Below, in pieces: positions 1-8,880 of a stretch of DNA of 64,000 nucleotides. Numbering within the stretch: position 1 is the first letter of the stretch; each line of letters opens with the position of its first letter. The notes under the pieces are model-generated. The model did no database searches. It had not been told where the DNA came from and was given only the letters and a program-made list of their open reading frames with translations. The translations under genes were made by a program, and so were the position numbers. Source of the stretch: Candidatus Cloacimonadales bacterium (GTDB taxonomy: Bacteria; Cloacimonadota; Cloacimonadia; Cloacimonadales; JAIOQZ01); assembly GCA_963662655.2 (NCBI GenBank), contig CAXXTU010000002.1:992001-1056000 (forward strand). Reading direction: 5' to 3'.

Positions 1-349
1 TACAGGTCGAGCGAATGATGGCGAAGACTTCCGGCAGGAAATCGTCCAGGACATCCTGTGTGGCCTGTTTCAGCTTCTCTTTGTGCACGTCGATCTTATT
101 GCCGATGCGGTCCTTCTCGTCCTCATTGGCTTCCAGGTGGTATTGCTGATTCAGGTTCTCGAGTTCTTCTTCAAGCGGCTGCAATCTCTCGCGGATTTCC
201 ACTTTGATATCCTGAACACGCTTCTTGATACCATCGTCGGTGAGTTTTTCTATATCAGGCTCGTGGCTTTTAATCGCATCCAGAAGAGGATTCACCTTCT
301 TCATGTCTCTAGAATGGCGATCGCCAAATAACTTTTCCAGAAATTTCAT
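1..349 (-). CDS. secA: Preprotein translocase subunit SecA, N-terminal part (runs off the window start)
   Basis: Manual minus-strand translation from ATG 349: MKFLEKLFGDRHSRDMKKVNPLLDAIKSHEPDIEKLTDD...QDVLDDFLPEVFAIIRSTC, matching the SecA N-terminus (LDDxLPExFA motif). Not in the ORF track. Confidence 0.85.
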   Translation of the reverse strand, partial: MKFLEKLFGDRHSRDMKKVNPLLDAIKSHEPDIEKLTDDGIKKRVQDIKVEIRERLQPLEEELENLNQQYHLEANEDEKDRIGNKIDVHKEKLKQATQDVLDDFLPEVFAIIRSTC

Positions 350-457
350 CGTAAGCATCCTATGCTATTTTTGTGTCATTGTTTGCGGACAGGTGGGGGT
401 GTCAAGCAAAGAGATTGCCCCGGGAGCCAACAGCAGACTTTTGTGCGAGCACCAACC

Positions 458-647
458 GCGCGGCGGGGACGGCGCTGAAGCCCGGTCACATCTACTTGAT
501 TCCCACAGCGTTGATTCAATTAATGTATTAATTTTTAAGAATCGCGTTCATTCCTCCAGGGCTTCTACACCCTTTTGAAACGCATTCGGTCGAATTCGTT
601 TCAAAAAGGTGTCAGTGCGCGGAGCGCACGCGCCGTCCCCGCCGCGC
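458..647. repeat. Nested inverted-repeat element
   Basis: Perfect 18-bp IR gcgcggcggggacggcgc (458-475) / gcgccgtccccgccgcgc (630-647), enclosing a 22-bp-arm hairpin with 2 mismatches (567-612) and a small hairpin (615-629). Confidence 0.75.
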
Positions 648-681
648 TGGTCTGACGAGCGGATTCGAGTCGGAGCTTCTC

Positions 682-1437
682 TCAGGAGAGCTGGATATGC
701 TCGAATCCAGTCAATACGTTGAACGACTTTCCCTGAGCCATGGCGATCAGATACAGCCTGTGCTTCCAGGCGAGGTGAATCGCTTCGGACGTTGCCGAGG
801 ACTGCGAGATAATCGCCGGAAAACCGATTCTTATTGCCTTCATGACGATGTCGGACGTGATTCTACCACTGCAAAGGATCGCGCATTTTGAAATGGGGAC
901 ATCCTCCAGAATCACCAGTCCGCAGACTTTGTCCAGGGCGTTCTGGCGCCTGATATCCTCGGCGAAATAGAGCTGCGTGCCTTCGAGCAGAACGGCCGCG
1001 CTGTGTATCCCGCCAATCTCGTTGAAAAGGATAGATTGCCCGGAAAACTTGTCCAGCTCCCCGAAGAACACGGAGGTATCAAACTCGTAGAATGGGAAAT
1101 CGAATCGACTCGGCGTGATCTCTCTTTGCAAGGTAGATGCGGAAGAGATTTGCCTGAGAATCGCTTTGGGATCGATGGACGAGGCGATATCTACGCGGAG
1201 CGGATCGTAGGAGATATCGAGTCCCATGTATTCTTCAATATCGGTGAGATAACCCTCCGAGAAAACAAACCCCACAGCCATTTCTTCCAGCATATCTGCC
1301 AAAGCGGGTATTGCACTGACCATGGTTCCGTTTATCATGATCTCGAGCGTCTGCTCGCGAATGCTCAAACCGGTCTTGAACTCGTATTTGCCATTCCTGA
1401 AAACACCCAACTCGTGAAGAAATCGTTGATCATCCAT
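682..1437 (-). CDS. fdhD: Formate dehydrogenase accessory sulfurtransferase FdhD family protein
   Basis: Motifs EEMAVGFVFSEG, GGIHSAA, EDIRRQNALDKVCG and SGRITSDIVMKA. The usual CGxC loop is absent. Confidence 0.85.
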   Translation of the reverse strand: MDDQRFLHELGVFRNGKYEFKTGLSIREQTLEIMINGTMVSAIPALADMLEEMAVGFVFSEGYLTDIEEYMGLDISYDPLRVDIASSIDPKAILRQISSASTLQREITPSRFDFPFYEFDTSVFFGELDKFSGQSILFNEIGGIHSAAVLLEGTQLYFAEDIRRQNALDKVCGLVILEDVPISKCAILCSGRITSDIVMKAIRIGFPAIISQSSATSEAIHLAWKHRLYLIAMAQGKSFNVLTGFEHIQLS

Positions 1438-1554
1438 GCTTGACCTGCCATATATTAATCATCTTGATGCGCAAAACACCTTAAAATACAGAATAGAACT
1501 TGTCAAAAGAAATACACGTTGCTTCTTTGAGAAAAAAAGTTTCAGGAGAACCGC

Positions 1555-3747
1555 ATGAAGCCTGTTTACCTCGATTTCAACGCCACAACGCCGATCGCAC
1601 CGGAAGTTGCAAACACCATGAAACCTTTTCTCGAAGAATTCTTCGGGAATCCATCCAGCAGTCACTGGTTTGGCATTCAGACACGCAAAGCGGTTGAAGA
1701 AGCCCGTAAACAGGTCGCCGATCTCCTCGGCGCGTATCCCGACGAGATCATTTTCACCAGCGGCGGAACGGAATCGAACAACTACGCGATCAAAGGCATC
1801 GCGTTCGCACGCAGGGATCGCGGGAACCATATCGTCACTTCCTCCATCGAACACCCCGCGGTCATCGAAGTGTGCCGCTTCCTGGAGAAGCACGACTTCC
1901 GGATCACGTACCTTCCGGTTGACGAGTTCGGCCTCGTGAATCCAGCCGATCTAGAAGAGGCCATCACCTCTCAAACGATCCTCGTGTCGATCATGCACGC
2001 CAACAACGAAGTCGGCACGATCCAGCCAATCTCCGAACTCGCCTCGATCGCACACCGGCACGATGCCGTCTTCCACTGCGATGCGGCTCAATCCGTGGGA
2101 AAAATCCCCGTCATCGTCAACGATTTGGGCGTTGACCTCCTCTCGATCGCCGGGCACAAGCTCTACGCCCCGAAAGGAATCGGCGCACTCTACATCCGTA
2201 GAGGCATCACACTCGAGAAGATGATTCACGGAGCGGACCACGAGCAGAACCTTCGCGCCGGCACGGAGAACATCCTTGAGATCGCCGGACTGGGCAAAGC
2301 CTGCGAGATAGCCGCTCGCGACCTCGACAAAAACATGCGCCACATGAAATCCATGCGGGACCGCCTGCATGATAAACTCAGTGAATCCGGGCTCGATTTC
2401 CGTCTGAACGGACATCCGGAAAATCGGCTTCCCAACACGTTGAGCCTTTCGTTTTACAAAGTGGAAGCAAACACGGTTCTTTCGGAGTTGGACGACGTCG
2501 CAGCCTCCGCAGGAGCAGCCTGCCACTCGGATCAGGTCGATGTCTCCGCGGTCCTGGAAGCGATGCAGGTCCCGATCGAGTACGCGATGGGAACCATTCG
2601 CCTGTCGACGGGACGTTCTACAACGGACGAGGATATCGATTTCGCCGCCAAAAGAATTGTCGAAGTCGTTTCGCGATTCCAGGATCAGGGCGATGAACCG
2701 GCTTGCATTGTCCCGACAAGCGACATCAAGCTGACCCATTTTACGCATGGAATGGGATGCGCCTGCAAAATTGAGCCGGACGTCCTCGAGTCCATCTTGC
2801 GAAAGCTCCCACAGCCGATCCACGACAAAATCCTCGTCGGTACTTCCACTGCGGACGACGCGGCGGTTTACATGCTCAGCGACGATCAAGCTGTCGTTGT
2901 TACCCTCGATTTCTTCACCCCGATCGCGGACGATCCTTACACTTTCGGTCAAATCGCGGCTGCCAACGCCATGAGCGACCTCTACGCCATGGGCGCTACT
3001 CCTCTGTTCGGCCTGAACATCGTTGCATTCCCCACGAAACGCCTTCCGCTATCCGTGCTGGAAGACGTACTCAGGGGCGCGCAGTCCAAGGCGGATGAAG
3101 CAGGGATTTTCATCATCGGCGGTCACTCCATCGAGGATCCCGAGCTGAAATACGGAATGGTTGCCGTGGGAATCGTTCACCCGGATCGAATCTGGCGCAA
3201 CGCGGGAATCAAGCCTGGCGATGCCCTCGTTCTCACCAAACCGATCGGAACCGGAGTCCTCTCGACAGCCCTGAAGCGTGGATTGCTGGATGCTTCTCAG
3301 GAGCAAATGCTCAACCAAACGATGTCTGCGCTCAACGCTACCACCTACTCGGTACTAAAGGATTATCAGGTCAATGCCTGCACCGATGTCACCGGCTTCG
3401 GATTGCTGGGTCATTTGACGGAGATGAGCGTCCACAGCGGTATGGATGTCGATATCATCGCGGATCAAGTTCCCGCGCTTGACGGGGTTCTCGAGCTGAT
3501 TGCCGCAAATGTGGTTCCCGGCGGAACGCTGGCGAACTTGCGTCACGTTTCGGGAATGATCGAATGGAACCTGGCCAGACCTCTTCAGCTCCTTCTCTGC
3601 GATGCGCAGACCTCCGGCGGTTTACTCGCTTCCGTTCCGAAAGAAATGGCTGCGGAAATCCTGGCAAAGTTGAAAGCAAAGGGATTGACGGCAGCAATTA
3701 TCGGTCACGCGAAGGGAGAAGGATCAGGGAAAATCTTCGTCAGGTAG
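1555..3747 (+). CDS. selD: Fused cysteine desulfurase (IscS/NifS class) and selenide, water dikinase SelD
   Basis: N half: YLDFNATTP, FTSGGTESNN, HCDAAQ, AGHKLYAPKG (PLP Lys), SAGAACHS. C half: HGMGCACK, DDAAVY, DFFTP, GGHS, TDVTGFGLLGH, DAQTSGGLL. One continuous 730-aa ORF. Confidence 0.93.
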   Translation: MKPVYLDFNATTPIAPEVANTMKPFLEEFFGNPSSSHWFGIQTRKAVEEARKQVADLLGAYPDEIIFTSGGTESNNYAIKGIAFARRDRGNHIVTSSIEHPAVIEVCRFLEKHDFRITYLPVDEFGLVNPADLEEAITSQTILVSIMHANNEVGTIQPISELASIAHRHDAVFHCDAAQSVGKIPVIVNDLGVDLLSIAGHKLYAPKGIGALYIRRGITLEKMIHGADHEQNLRAGTENILEIAGLGKACEIAARDLDKNMRHMKSMRDRLHDKLSESGLDFRLNGHPENRLPNTLSLSFYKVEANTVLSELDDVAASAGAACHSDQVDVSAVLEAMQVPIEYAMGTIRLSTGRSTTDEDIDFAAKRIVEVVSRFQDQGDEPACIVPTSDIKLTHFTHGMGCACKIEPDVLESILRKLPQPIHDKILVGTSTADDAAVYMLSDDQAVVVTLDFFTPIADDPYTFGQIAAANAMSDLYAMGATPLFGLNIVAFPTKRLPLSVLEDVLRGAQSKADEAGIFIIGGHSIEDPELKYGMVAVGIVHPDRIWRNAGIKPGDALVLTKPIGTGVLSTALKRGLLDASQEQMLNQTMSALNATTYSVLKDYQVNACTDVTGFGLLGHLTEMSVHSGMDVDIIADQVPALDGVLELIAANVVPGGTLANLRHVSGMIEWNLARPLQLLLCDAQTSGGLLASVPKEMAAEILAKLKAKGLTAAIIGHAKGEGSGKIFVR

Positions 3748-4418
3748 TCCTCACGATTCTTGAAATCGAGCCAATCGCGATTGATCCAGGCCTCGCGTGT
3801 GGGTTCGATCTGGCGATACGCGAATCTCCGTCTGTCGAAACGCCTGATCCAGCTTTGCAGCAAACGATGCCAGCAGGTTTTATCAAATGAGTCCGGCGAG
3901 AACGTCTGCAAATAGTCCCGCGCGGCTTGCCGGAAAACTTCTTGCGGATAGTTCGAGGCGAGATGCAGCAAAAAGTGGATCGTATCCACCTGCGGTAAGT
4001 CCATGCGGCAGTCCGAGAAATCGATCATGTACCACCGGTTGTCCCTGCAAAGATAGTTCCGCGGATTCACATCGATGTGACACAACACCTTTTGTCCGTC
4101 CGTTTTAAGCGCATGAATCGCCTTATGCAGTTCGGCGATCGCCCTGAAGTCACGCCCGGAATCCGTACAGTCGATGAGTGTCACATCAGAAATGTACTCG
4201 ATAATCAGATTTTTGTGGTTGTCGTGATCAATGAGTTTGGGGGCAAACGCAGGCTGAAAACGGTATACTTCGAGTTCATTGTGGAAAGCCTGTGCCGAAG
4301 AAAATTTCTTGGTTACCGTCCGATGTTCGACATCGACAATGATGACCGACTTCGCTGTCTGAATGGTCTCAGTTGTCTTTTCTTCGTCCTTCAAGCTTCT
4401 TATCGATTGATTCATCAA
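3705..4418 (-). CDS. Protein-kinase-like (APH/choline kinase fold) phosphotransferase
   Basis: HIDVNPRN catalytic-loop-like and MIDFS metal-binding motifs. Start uncertain because it overlaps the upstream gene. Confidence 0.65.
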   Translation of the reverse strand: MMNQSIRSLKDEEKTTETIQTAKSVIIVDVEHRTVTKKFSSAQAFHNELEVYRFQPAFAPKLIDHDNHKNLIIEYISDVTLIDCTDSGRDFRAIAELHKAIHALKTDGQKVLCHIDVNPRNYLCRDNRWYMIDFSDCRMDLPQVDTIHFLLHLASNYPQEVFRQAARDYLQTFSPDSFDKTCWHRLLQSWIRRFDRRRFAYRQIEPTREAWINRDWLDFKNREDYLTKIFPDPSPFA

Positions 4419-5943
4419 AAATCACCATCTCGGTATCTTTCGCGTAGACTCCGAATGAAAGGCTGTTTGCCGATTTGAATTTTTCCAGGATTCGCGTCAT
4501 CTGATTGAAGGCTGACTTGATCCGGTCGAGGTATTTCGTCTGCTTCTCGCTCAGCGAGCTTGTTTCATTCAGCATCTCGAACATCTCGAGGTTGCCTCTC
4601 ATCACCATCAGCGGTTGATTCAATTCATGATGGGCGGTAACGGCGAGCGCGAGCGCGGAGTTGCGTTTTTCAAGCTGGATAACCTCTTGCTGGGTTTGCT
4701 TGAGCATGAGGTACGATTTCTCGAGTTCCTCATTCTTCTGGCGGTAAATCTCCGCTTCCTTTTCCTTCTTCTCCGTCTCGAAGCGCGTCTGCATCTCCGC
4801 AAGCTTCTTGTTGCTTTCCTCGTTGAACAGCTCGTCCTTCACGCGGGAGAATTTCAAGTGATACTGATATGCCTTCTCGAAATCGAGTTTCAGTTCATAC
4901 AGCTTGGAAAGCTCGTAGTAGCTGTCTTTGAGGTCGTACCGGAAGCTGGATTCAATGGCTTCTTCCACGCTTCTAATCAGGTATTTCTCGGCGCTATCGA
5001 GGTCGTTGAGCTTACGATGAATTCTTCCGAGATATCGCAACGCCATGACAGTGTTTTCCTTGAAGTCGATGCTTTCGCTGATCTCGAGCGCTTGATTAAG
5101 GCAATCGATCGCTTCCTTGTGGTTCCCGTTCGAGTAGTGTACCATCCCGATGCCACTCAGGCTACTGCTTATACCTTCAGCATGCCCGATCTCCCGGCTA
5201 AGCTCAAGCGCTTCCTGATAGCACAAAATCGCCTTGGGGTAGTCACCCAGCTTGTAGTATAGCTTTCCCAGATTGTTCATTGCGAAACCGCAGCGCTCTT
5301 TGATACCAAGCTCGCATACGAGTTCATAGCCTCGCTGGAAATATTCGAGCGCACGATCGTAATCTTCCAGAGCGTAATAGATTTCACCGATATTCATTAG
5401 CGGGTCTGCCGAAAGACTTGGGTCGTTCAATTCTTCCGCGAGCTGCAAGGCCTTCAACTGATAATCCAGCGCGATATCCTGAAGCCCCCAGTTCTGGTAA
5501 AGCTCGCCCATGTTGATGTAGCAAATCGCGATTCCATCCTTGGCCGATCTCTTCTGCTGGATTTCAAGCGCTTTCTTGTAGTACTCGAATGCAAGATCGT
5601 TCTGCCCGTAATTGGCGTAGTTAACGGCGATATTGTTATAGCAACTCGCGATGCCGTCCAGATAGTCGATTTCCAGCGACAACTGCAAGCTCTGATTGTA
5701 GTAGTCGATTGCCTGAGAGTAGTTACCGGCGATACCATACGATATCCCGATGAAACGGAGGGCGTTACACTCTTCCAACTTATTGCCGTACTGCTTCGAA
5801 AGCGTCAACGCTTTGAAGCCGAATTCTCGGCTCTTGTCCGTTGAGATTTGAGAGTATACCTTACTGATGCGATTGATATAAGGAATCTGGTCAGGCTCCG
5901 ACAAATCCCGCATTTCTTCCATCAGTTTTTCAATTAAATCCAT
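4369..5943 (-). CDS. TPR-repeat protein with a C-terminal HisKA-type phosphoacceptor helix and no ATPase domain
   Basis: Multiple TPRs (NNIAVNY...ALEYY pattern), a coiled coil, then H-box AHHELNQPL, ending about 75 aa later. Confidence 0.8.
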   Translation of the reverse strand: MDLIEKLMEEMRDLSEPDQIPYINRISKVYSQISTDKSREFGFKALTLSKQYGNKLEECNALRFIGISYGIAGNYSQAIDYYNQSLQLSLEIDYLDGIASCYNNIAVNYANYGQNDLAFEYYKKALEIQQKRSAKDGIAICYINMGELYQNWGLQDIALDYQLKALQLAEELNDPSLSADPLMNIGEIYYALEDYDRALEYFQRGYELVCELGIKERCGFAMNNLGKLYYKLGDYPKAILCYQEALELSREIGHAEGISSSLSGIGMVHYSNGNHKEAIDCLNQALEISESIDFKENTVMALRYLGRIHRKLNDLDSAEKYLIRSVEEAIESSFRYDLKDSYYELSKLYELKLDFEKAYQYHLKFSRVKDELFNEESNKKLAEMQTRFETEKKEKEAEIYRQKNEELEKSYLMLKQTQQEVIQLEKRNSALALAVTAHHELNQPLMVMRGNLEMFEMLNETSSLSEKQTKYLDRIKSAFNQMTRILEKFKSANSLSFGVYAKDTEMVIFDESIDKKLEGRRKDN

Positions 5944-5946
5944 ACA

Positions 5947-6705
5947 TCACCGTTCCGGTTTCATGAGGATCTCGATATCTTTGTCCGAAAATCCCTTCAG
6001 ATTTTTAACCATGCCGTAGATTGCATCGTAGATCATGTCTTGCACAAACGGTACCATTACGATGTTTTTACCGTCGATTCTCAGCGATAGTTTCTCGGCC
6101 CTGTCCGTTACGCAATCGTCACGGGCCATCTCGCCGCCCAGTATCTTTCCCACGGCAACGCGGCACGGAAAGCCGCATGCCGTGCAACACGCCTCATCAG
6201 CCATCGGCAATACTCTAAAGACCTTATCGATGACAATATCTGCGATTTCCCTTATATTTTTTTCAGGATGCAGGACGGGAAGTCCTTTGTATGTGTCATA
6301 ATTGTTTGACACCTTTCCCGAAATTGCGACAACCGTGTCGTCCAAGAGTTCATCAATCTGCTCCAGGCTTTCCGCGCACAGAATGCGTGGAAGCGGTTCT
6401 TCCTTCATTCCTTCCACGACGACATACTCCGCGTCCAGCTTCGCGAGCATTTGCTTGAGCGAGAGTTGCCGGTGCCAGATTTGATAGGTCTCCGTCAATC
6501 CTCGCGCAATGATGGTTTCACTACCTGCTTCCCAGTGGCGCCAGGTGTTCGAGCCCACCTTTTCCATGGTGAATTGCTCGTTGTGAATATCCTTGATGGA
6601 CTGCACGGAATGGCCCCGCCGCCTGAGCTCCGCGATGAGATTCTCCGCGACGGTTGTCTTTCCCGTGTGATGGTATCCCGCTATGCTGAGTACTTTCAAA
6701 ACCAC
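5947..6705 (-). CDS. mobB: Molybdopterin-guanine dinucleotide biosynthesis protein MobB with a C-terminal Fe-S motif
   Basis: P-loop GYHHTGKTT, SIKDIH, VVEGMK and CTACGFPC...C. The start may be TTG 6699. Confidence 0.85.
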   Translation of the reverse strand: MVLKVLSIAGYHHTGKTTVAENLIAELRRRGHSVQSIKDIHNEQFTMEKVGSNTWRHWEAGSETIIARGLTETYQIWHRQLSLKQMLAKLDAEYVVVEGMKEEPLPRILCAESLEQIDELLDDTVVAISGKVSNNYDTYKGLPVLHPEKNIREIADIVIDKVFRVLPMADEACCTACGFPCRVAVGKILGGEMARDDCVTDRAEKLSLRIDGKNIVMVPFVQDMIYDAIYGMVKNLKGFSDKDIEILMKPER

Positions 6706-6708
6706 CTC

Positions 6709-7347
6709 CTACGGCAGGATGTTCGGCGCCCACTCGAAGAGCAGGAACTGCAATCTGCCGATCAGTAAAGAGATACGCGCCATCGCCGTGTAGCCGAACG
6801 CCGCGCCGAAGCTGACCATGAGGAAGTAGATACCGACCTTAGCGCCGACGCCGAAGGCACCCTCGTGCTTCTTGCTGAAAAAGAAGTAGATCACTCCGCA
6901 GATGGTCCCGACAACCAGAAGAAGCTGCCCCACGATTTCCACCGCCGATCCGTTGAACGGATTGATCATGGTGGCGGTAATCTGGGAGAGCACATCCGAC
7001 TTCATGTATCGCATGAAAGAGATGCCCGCAGTTGTACCAATCATCAATGCGATAGGATACCTGCTGAGCCATGCGACTTTCGGAACGAGTTGGGTTAACA
7101 TCAGGATGCCGAGGATCCCCGGGACGATCAACAGCCAGTGCGCTCCGAAATCGGCGCTGAGCTTGTTGAACAGGTTGGGAATCAGGATGAAATAGATGGT
7201 GTAAACAAACCAGTATCCCGCGGAGAGCCCCACGAATATCTGCTCTGCGACTTTATAGAATGGATTGTCCTTGTAAAGAAAACTGTAGATGCCAAACGTG
7301 AGGAGAGCGCCGATCCACAATCCAAGCCAATTCATGAAGTGTACCAT
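6709..7347 (-). CDS. Uncharacterised multi-pass membrane protein (gene 4 of membrane cluster)
   Basis: About 6 hydrophobic segments; motifs SFLYKDNPFYKxAE and FGAAFGYTxMARISLLIGR. Confidence 0.8.
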   Translation of the reverse strand: MVHFMNWLGLWIGALLTFGIYSFLYKDNPFYKVAEQIFVGLSAGYWFVYTIYFILIPNLFNKLSADFGAHWLLIVPGILGILMLTQLVPKVAWLSRYPIALMIGTTAGISFMRYMKSDVLSQITATMINPFNGSAVEIVGQLLLVVGTICGVIYFFFSKKHEGAFGVGAKVGIYFLMVSFGAAFGYTAMARISLLIGRLQFLLFEWAPNILP

Positions 7348-8177
7348 TATTCCCCCCTTTTCCGCTTGCGAATTAGATGATACTGTATATTTCCGACCGC
7401 GATGAATAGAATGATGATTAAATGGGCGATCGATTGAGCGTCCATACCGCTTGTGGCGATATCGATGTGGCCGCTGAGCTTTTCGTATTCCGCGGCAGCC
7501 TTCAAGCCGCCGAGGAGTCCGTGCAACTGCTTCTGTTCATTGATATAAGGAAGGATCGCGGGAGCGCTGACAGCGGTTGCACCGCCGGTGGTTATCACCT
7601 TGTTCTTGTCATGTGCGACCATCACCCACTCCTTGATGCCGGGCGCGCCGGCGGAGAAGCTGTACACAAACGCGAAGTCCGTCAGGTTGCGAATGCCGTC
7701 CATGATGGGAAGCTCGCCGATGGGCGTTCCGCTCATATCGGCAGGGTAAACGTCCCGGATATCCGATCCCATCTTCTGAATGGTGACGATTCCTCCGGCC
7801 TTGAAGCCGAGGTTAACATAGTCGACACCATCTTCGATCCCGGGCATCTCTTCTTTCAAGCGCTTGAATGTATCCGCGCAAAGACTCGCCCCCATCGGCC
7901 AGAGCGCAGTGCAGACGATCTTGTATTTTCGTTCCAGGGCGTTCCGCGCCACGGCGTACGCCATGGGATGGAGCTCCGGCTTGCTGGCGGGATCGTAATC
8001 GAATGACAGAAGAATGTGGGAGCCTTCCGGTTGGCCGTTGACCAGGTCATACACCATCTGCACATTCTCGGACGACTCGATGGGCAACCCGAGCTTGAAG
8101 ATCAACGGGAGAGCGACGCCGATCAGGATCAGCGTAAAGAGGGTTCTGCGTGTGTTTTCCGGACTCATCTTCATCAT
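7347..8177 (-). CDS. Uncharacterised membrane-anchored protein (gene 3 of cluster)
   Basis: N- and C-terminal TM helices around a soluble domain (DYVNLGFKAG, GGLKAAAEYE, GMDAQS); overlaps both neighbours. Confidence 0.8.
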   Translation of the reverse strand: MMKMSPENTRRTLFTLILIGVALPLIFKLGLPIESSENVQMVYDLVNGQPEGSHILLSFDYDPASKPELHPMAYAVARNALERKYKIVCTALWPMGASLCADTFKRLKEEMPGIEDGVDYVNLGFKAGGIVTIQKMGSDIRDVYPADMSGTPIGELPIMDGIRNLTDFAFVYSFSAGAPGIKEWVMVAHDKNKVITTGGATAVSAPAILPYINEQKQLHGLLGGLKAAAEYEKLSGHIDIATSGMDAQSIAHLIIILFIAVGNIQYHLIRKRKRGE

Positions 8178-8869
8178 TCACCTCCCAGGTAGGAGCGTTC
8201 GATGCCCAGGATGATCCGCAGGCTGCTTCCGATGATTCCCAGCCCCGCGCATATCATGATCGCTCGCTGACCGGCGGTGTTGGGGTATTTCATGATGAAC
8301 TCGGCCAGGTTGGGCAGGTGCAGGAAGCTGAGCGCGTCGGGGAGCCAGCCGGTCAGGAAGCTTCCCAGGCTCGTGCGTCCCAACATGACCAGAACCGCGG
8401 CGATCAGGAGCAGGTTCGATTCCGTGGTCCTGCCGATGAACGCCCTGTACGCTGCCGAAGCGATAAAGAACGCCAGCAGGGAGAACATCGACGCCGAAAG
8501 GTGCTGGTACACGTTGTTGAACATGTAATCGAACGGCTTGGAGCCTATCGACTGTACCAGGCTTGTGCCTGCGCCGAGGATCCCGGCGTTGTCTTCCGTT
8601 CCCCAGAAGAGTCCGAAGATCACCATGACGGCGAAGCTGACGATCGTGACGATAAAGTATTGCCAGTTCGGCAATTTGTGCTTGATCTTGAGCACATGCA
8701 CCTTGATGAGGTTCATCTGCCCCAAAATAATGGCAAATCCGGCGATGATCATAAACCAGTCTTCCAGACCGCCGGTCAGTGTTCCGAACGGCTTGTGGGG
8801 AATGAACTCGGCTACGATCACGAGGATTCCGACGAAAAAAGCGATAAGTAGTGGTATTCTTCTTTTCAT
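8174..8869 (-). CDS. Uncharacterised multi-pass membrane protein (gene 2 of cluster)
   Basis: About 6 TM segments; MFSLLAFFIASAAYRAF, PNTAGQRAI and LRIILGIERSYLG. Confidence 0.8.
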   Translation of the reverse strand: MKRRIPLLIAFFVGILVIVAEFIPHKPFGTLTGGLEDWFMIIAGFAIILGQMNLIKVHVLKIKHKLPNWQYFIVTIVSFAVMVIFGLFWGTEDNAGILGAGTSLVQSIGSKPFDYMFNNVYQHLSASMFSLLAFFIASAAYRAFIGRTTESNLLLIAAVLVMLGRTSLGSFLTGWLPDALSFLHLPNLAEFIMKYPNTAGQRAIMICAGLGIIGSSLRIILGIERSYLGGE

Positions 8870-8880
8870 ACTTCAATCCA

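Noticed and set aside
2749..2769. Possible selenocysteine (TGA) in the SelD active-site motif
   Set aside because: Both positions are TGC (Cys); there is no in-frame TGA.
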